The notes beneath the pieces were generated by a model, which ran no database searches, was not told the DNA's origin, and saw only the letters and a program-made list of their open reading frames with translations. Made by a program: the position numbers and the translations under genes. Of a stretch of DNA of 64,000 bases, positions 61,992 to 64,000 are shown in pieces (position 1 is the stretch's first letter; every line of letters starts with the position of its first letter). The DNA is from Klebsormidium nitens (Eukaryota > Plantae > Klebsormidiophyceae): positions 124,001 to 188,000 of the forward strand of contig DF236977.1 in assembly GCA_000708835.1 (NCBI GenBank). Direction: 5' to 3'.

Positions 61992-64000
61992 TTACCCCTC
62001 CGTAAGACTTCCGGAGAGGAGGGTGAATGTTCCCGCGTGGTCAATGTGATAATTGCCTCCATGCCCCGGCCTGCAGCGGAACCCAATGTCAGTCATGCAC
62101 CTTACAGCACACGAGTGGTAGCCAACCAATTCTCGAACTGCAGACTCCTCAGAGCGGCAGTATGCCAAGGGAGAGAGTCTCTTGCTGACTCGGATAGCAT
62201 ACAGGTGGCTTTGAAAAGAAGAATCAAGGAACGTAAGACGCAACGCTTACTGGTCCCAGTCCCCGCCGCCGTTGGTGAGGACAAACTCGAGAGAGGTCGC
62301 CGGTATTTCGAGCATCTGGAGAGAGACGAGATAGTCAATGTGGGTCTTAGACAGTCTTAGGCTCAAACGCTGTGAGAAGCGAAGCCAGAATTCGTCAACC
62401 TAGCCGAGCTTGCTTTCAACAGGCTTTGGAGCGAAGTAGCAAATGTCCGACAAGCCCTGCCAATGGTCAAATACGATACGAACGACGCGTCTGCTCAACC
62501 CCCATTCCAATCGGTGAGGCGTGAAATGACCACAACGGAATCCTTCAGTCGCTAATGGCTGTATGATTGCTTTCTTACGATTGCCAGCCGGTTGCTTACC
62601 TTGACCTGCACCCCTGCCGGGCTGACTGCGTCCGTCATCTGCAAGCCGGGGGGCTCCGTCCAGCTGTAAATGGGCGGGAAAAAAGAGTTCGGGCACTGAG
62701 GATCATGAACTTTTCTTAAAGACGTTGTCATCTGCTGTTAGATGCTGGAAGCTCCTTGACCATGAACTCCGGCCGCGCATCAAGTATCAGCAGCCTCTCC
62801 AGTTCGGACGCTCAGACTGATATCCAATGAATGCATGCTCGGAACCCAAAGTTCTACGGAGAAGTAGTCAACCGAGACCCGAAAGACGTCCTTTGACCGT
62901 CTTCTTACCTCTGACCATCCGCTGAGCAGTGCACATACGCCGTCTCCCACCCAGTCTCGTAGTAGAATGTGATCGTCGGAGTATCCTCCCCTCCTTCACC
63001 ATCACGTTCCGTGCTCGTTTCCACCTGCAGCCCGGGCCCCGCTTCTGGCGCCAACTCCACACCCCCTTTGACGTCATCCTCATCATAAACTTCTTCCGGT
63101 GCTTCCGCTGGTGCAGCCGGTGTTTCCGTTTCTTCTGAGGGAGGCCGCTCTACGCGCGCTGGGGGTTCCGTTTGCGCCGACTCGTCTTCCTCTTCCGGAG
63201 GAGCGACCTCTGTCTCGACAGGGCCCCCAGCCTTTTCTGCCGGTGGCGGCACCTCAACGGGTGCTGCCTGTTTCTCTACCGGTGCTGCCTCGTCCAGCTC
63301 CTCCGTCTCGTACCCGCCGTCAGAACCTTCGGAGTCGTACTCGTCTACATCCGCAGCGGCCCTACCGCCGTTCACCGATGCCCCAACCGCAGAAAGTAGG
63401 CTCTGCTCGACATTCGACCCAGCCCGACCCCCCACTAAGGACCCTCCAACCACCGCTGGGAAGACCGCCCCGTTTGTCGTAATCTCCCCATTGGCAGCGA
63501 CCGCTGCGCCCCACTCTGCAGGGGGACCGCTCGCTCCCCCCTCTTTCGAGATCGACACCAGCAGGTCCGCAATCTTCTTCACCAGCAGCGCAACCTGCCC
63601 CGCCTCCGCCACCTTCATCAGGCTCTTGAGCTCCAAGCGCACCCGCTCTAGTTGCACCACGTCCTCTGCAGCGTCCTGCCGGCCTGACAGGGGCTCAACT
63701 TCCGACTTCGTAAGCGCACTTCCCGGGAGTTGCTGCAAGCACCCCCCGGCCTGACGCTCGCTCTCAGTCAGCGAGCTCTCCAGCATGGCAACCTGGGACG
63801 AAGAAAGAAGTACATCAAAAGCCGTCTCCTGACCAAGCTTTGGTTTCTTGAAATCATCTGCCTTTCTTACAAGTTCGATGATCGAACCCTGACGGAAGGG
63901 AAAGCAGTCACCAATATTCTGACCTAGCAACCCGAATGTGACTTTCTGCTCAAATAGATCCCCATGGAAACAACTTCCAAAATAAAAGACGAGTCACTGA
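61992..64000 (-). CDS. 3' portion of a gene with an acidic Pro/Glu-rich linker and a C-terminal CBM25-like starch-binding module; 5' part lies beyond the window
   Basis: Spliced C-terminus TITFYYETGWETAYVHCSADGQ|xWTEPPGLQMTDAVSPAGVQVK|MLEIPATSLEFVLTNGGGDWD|QPGHGGNYHIDHAGTFTLLSGSLTEG*, with consistent GT-AG phases. Confidence 0.75.

Noticed and set aside
1-64000. CRISPR array, rRNA, canonical tRNA, autonomous transposase or retroelement ORFs
   Set aside because: No regularly spaced repeat-spacer array, rRNA motif, complete cloverleaf, or RT/integrase/transposase motif was found by eye.

Overview
Intron-rich eukaryotic nuclear DNA from the green-plant lineage, with roughly 50-55% GC and many ctgcag acceptors. 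The gene set and intron style suggest a streptophyte alga such as Klebsormidium; this is inferred, not verified. I can support 11 spliced protein-coding genes: an ankyrin + tandem CCCH zinc-finger protein (-), GluTR-binding protein (-), an unidentified probably plastid-targeted protein (+), a B-box + class A GATA factor (+), DCC1 (-) head-to-head with GCP3 (+), a GPI-anchored arabinogalactan-like protein with a bacterial-type choice-of-anchor C/DUF642 domain (+), malonyl-CoA decarboxylase (-) head-to-head with an RH47/ISE1-like DEAD-box helicase (+), a secreted CBM3-like protein (+), and the 3' part of a gene ending in a CBM25-like starch-binding module (-). Intergenic DNA holds several non-autonomous inverted-repeat elements: a TA-flanked one, a TTAA-flanked Kolobok-like one, and one with a 5-bp target duplication. 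Two of these carry tRNA-like Pol III cassettes. There are also dense GTAC/TA-CCG-TA fields that look like accumulated transposon excision footprints. No CRISPR array, rRNA or canonical tRNA gene was seen. Gene coordinates are spans including introns, and exon junctions were assembled by eye.
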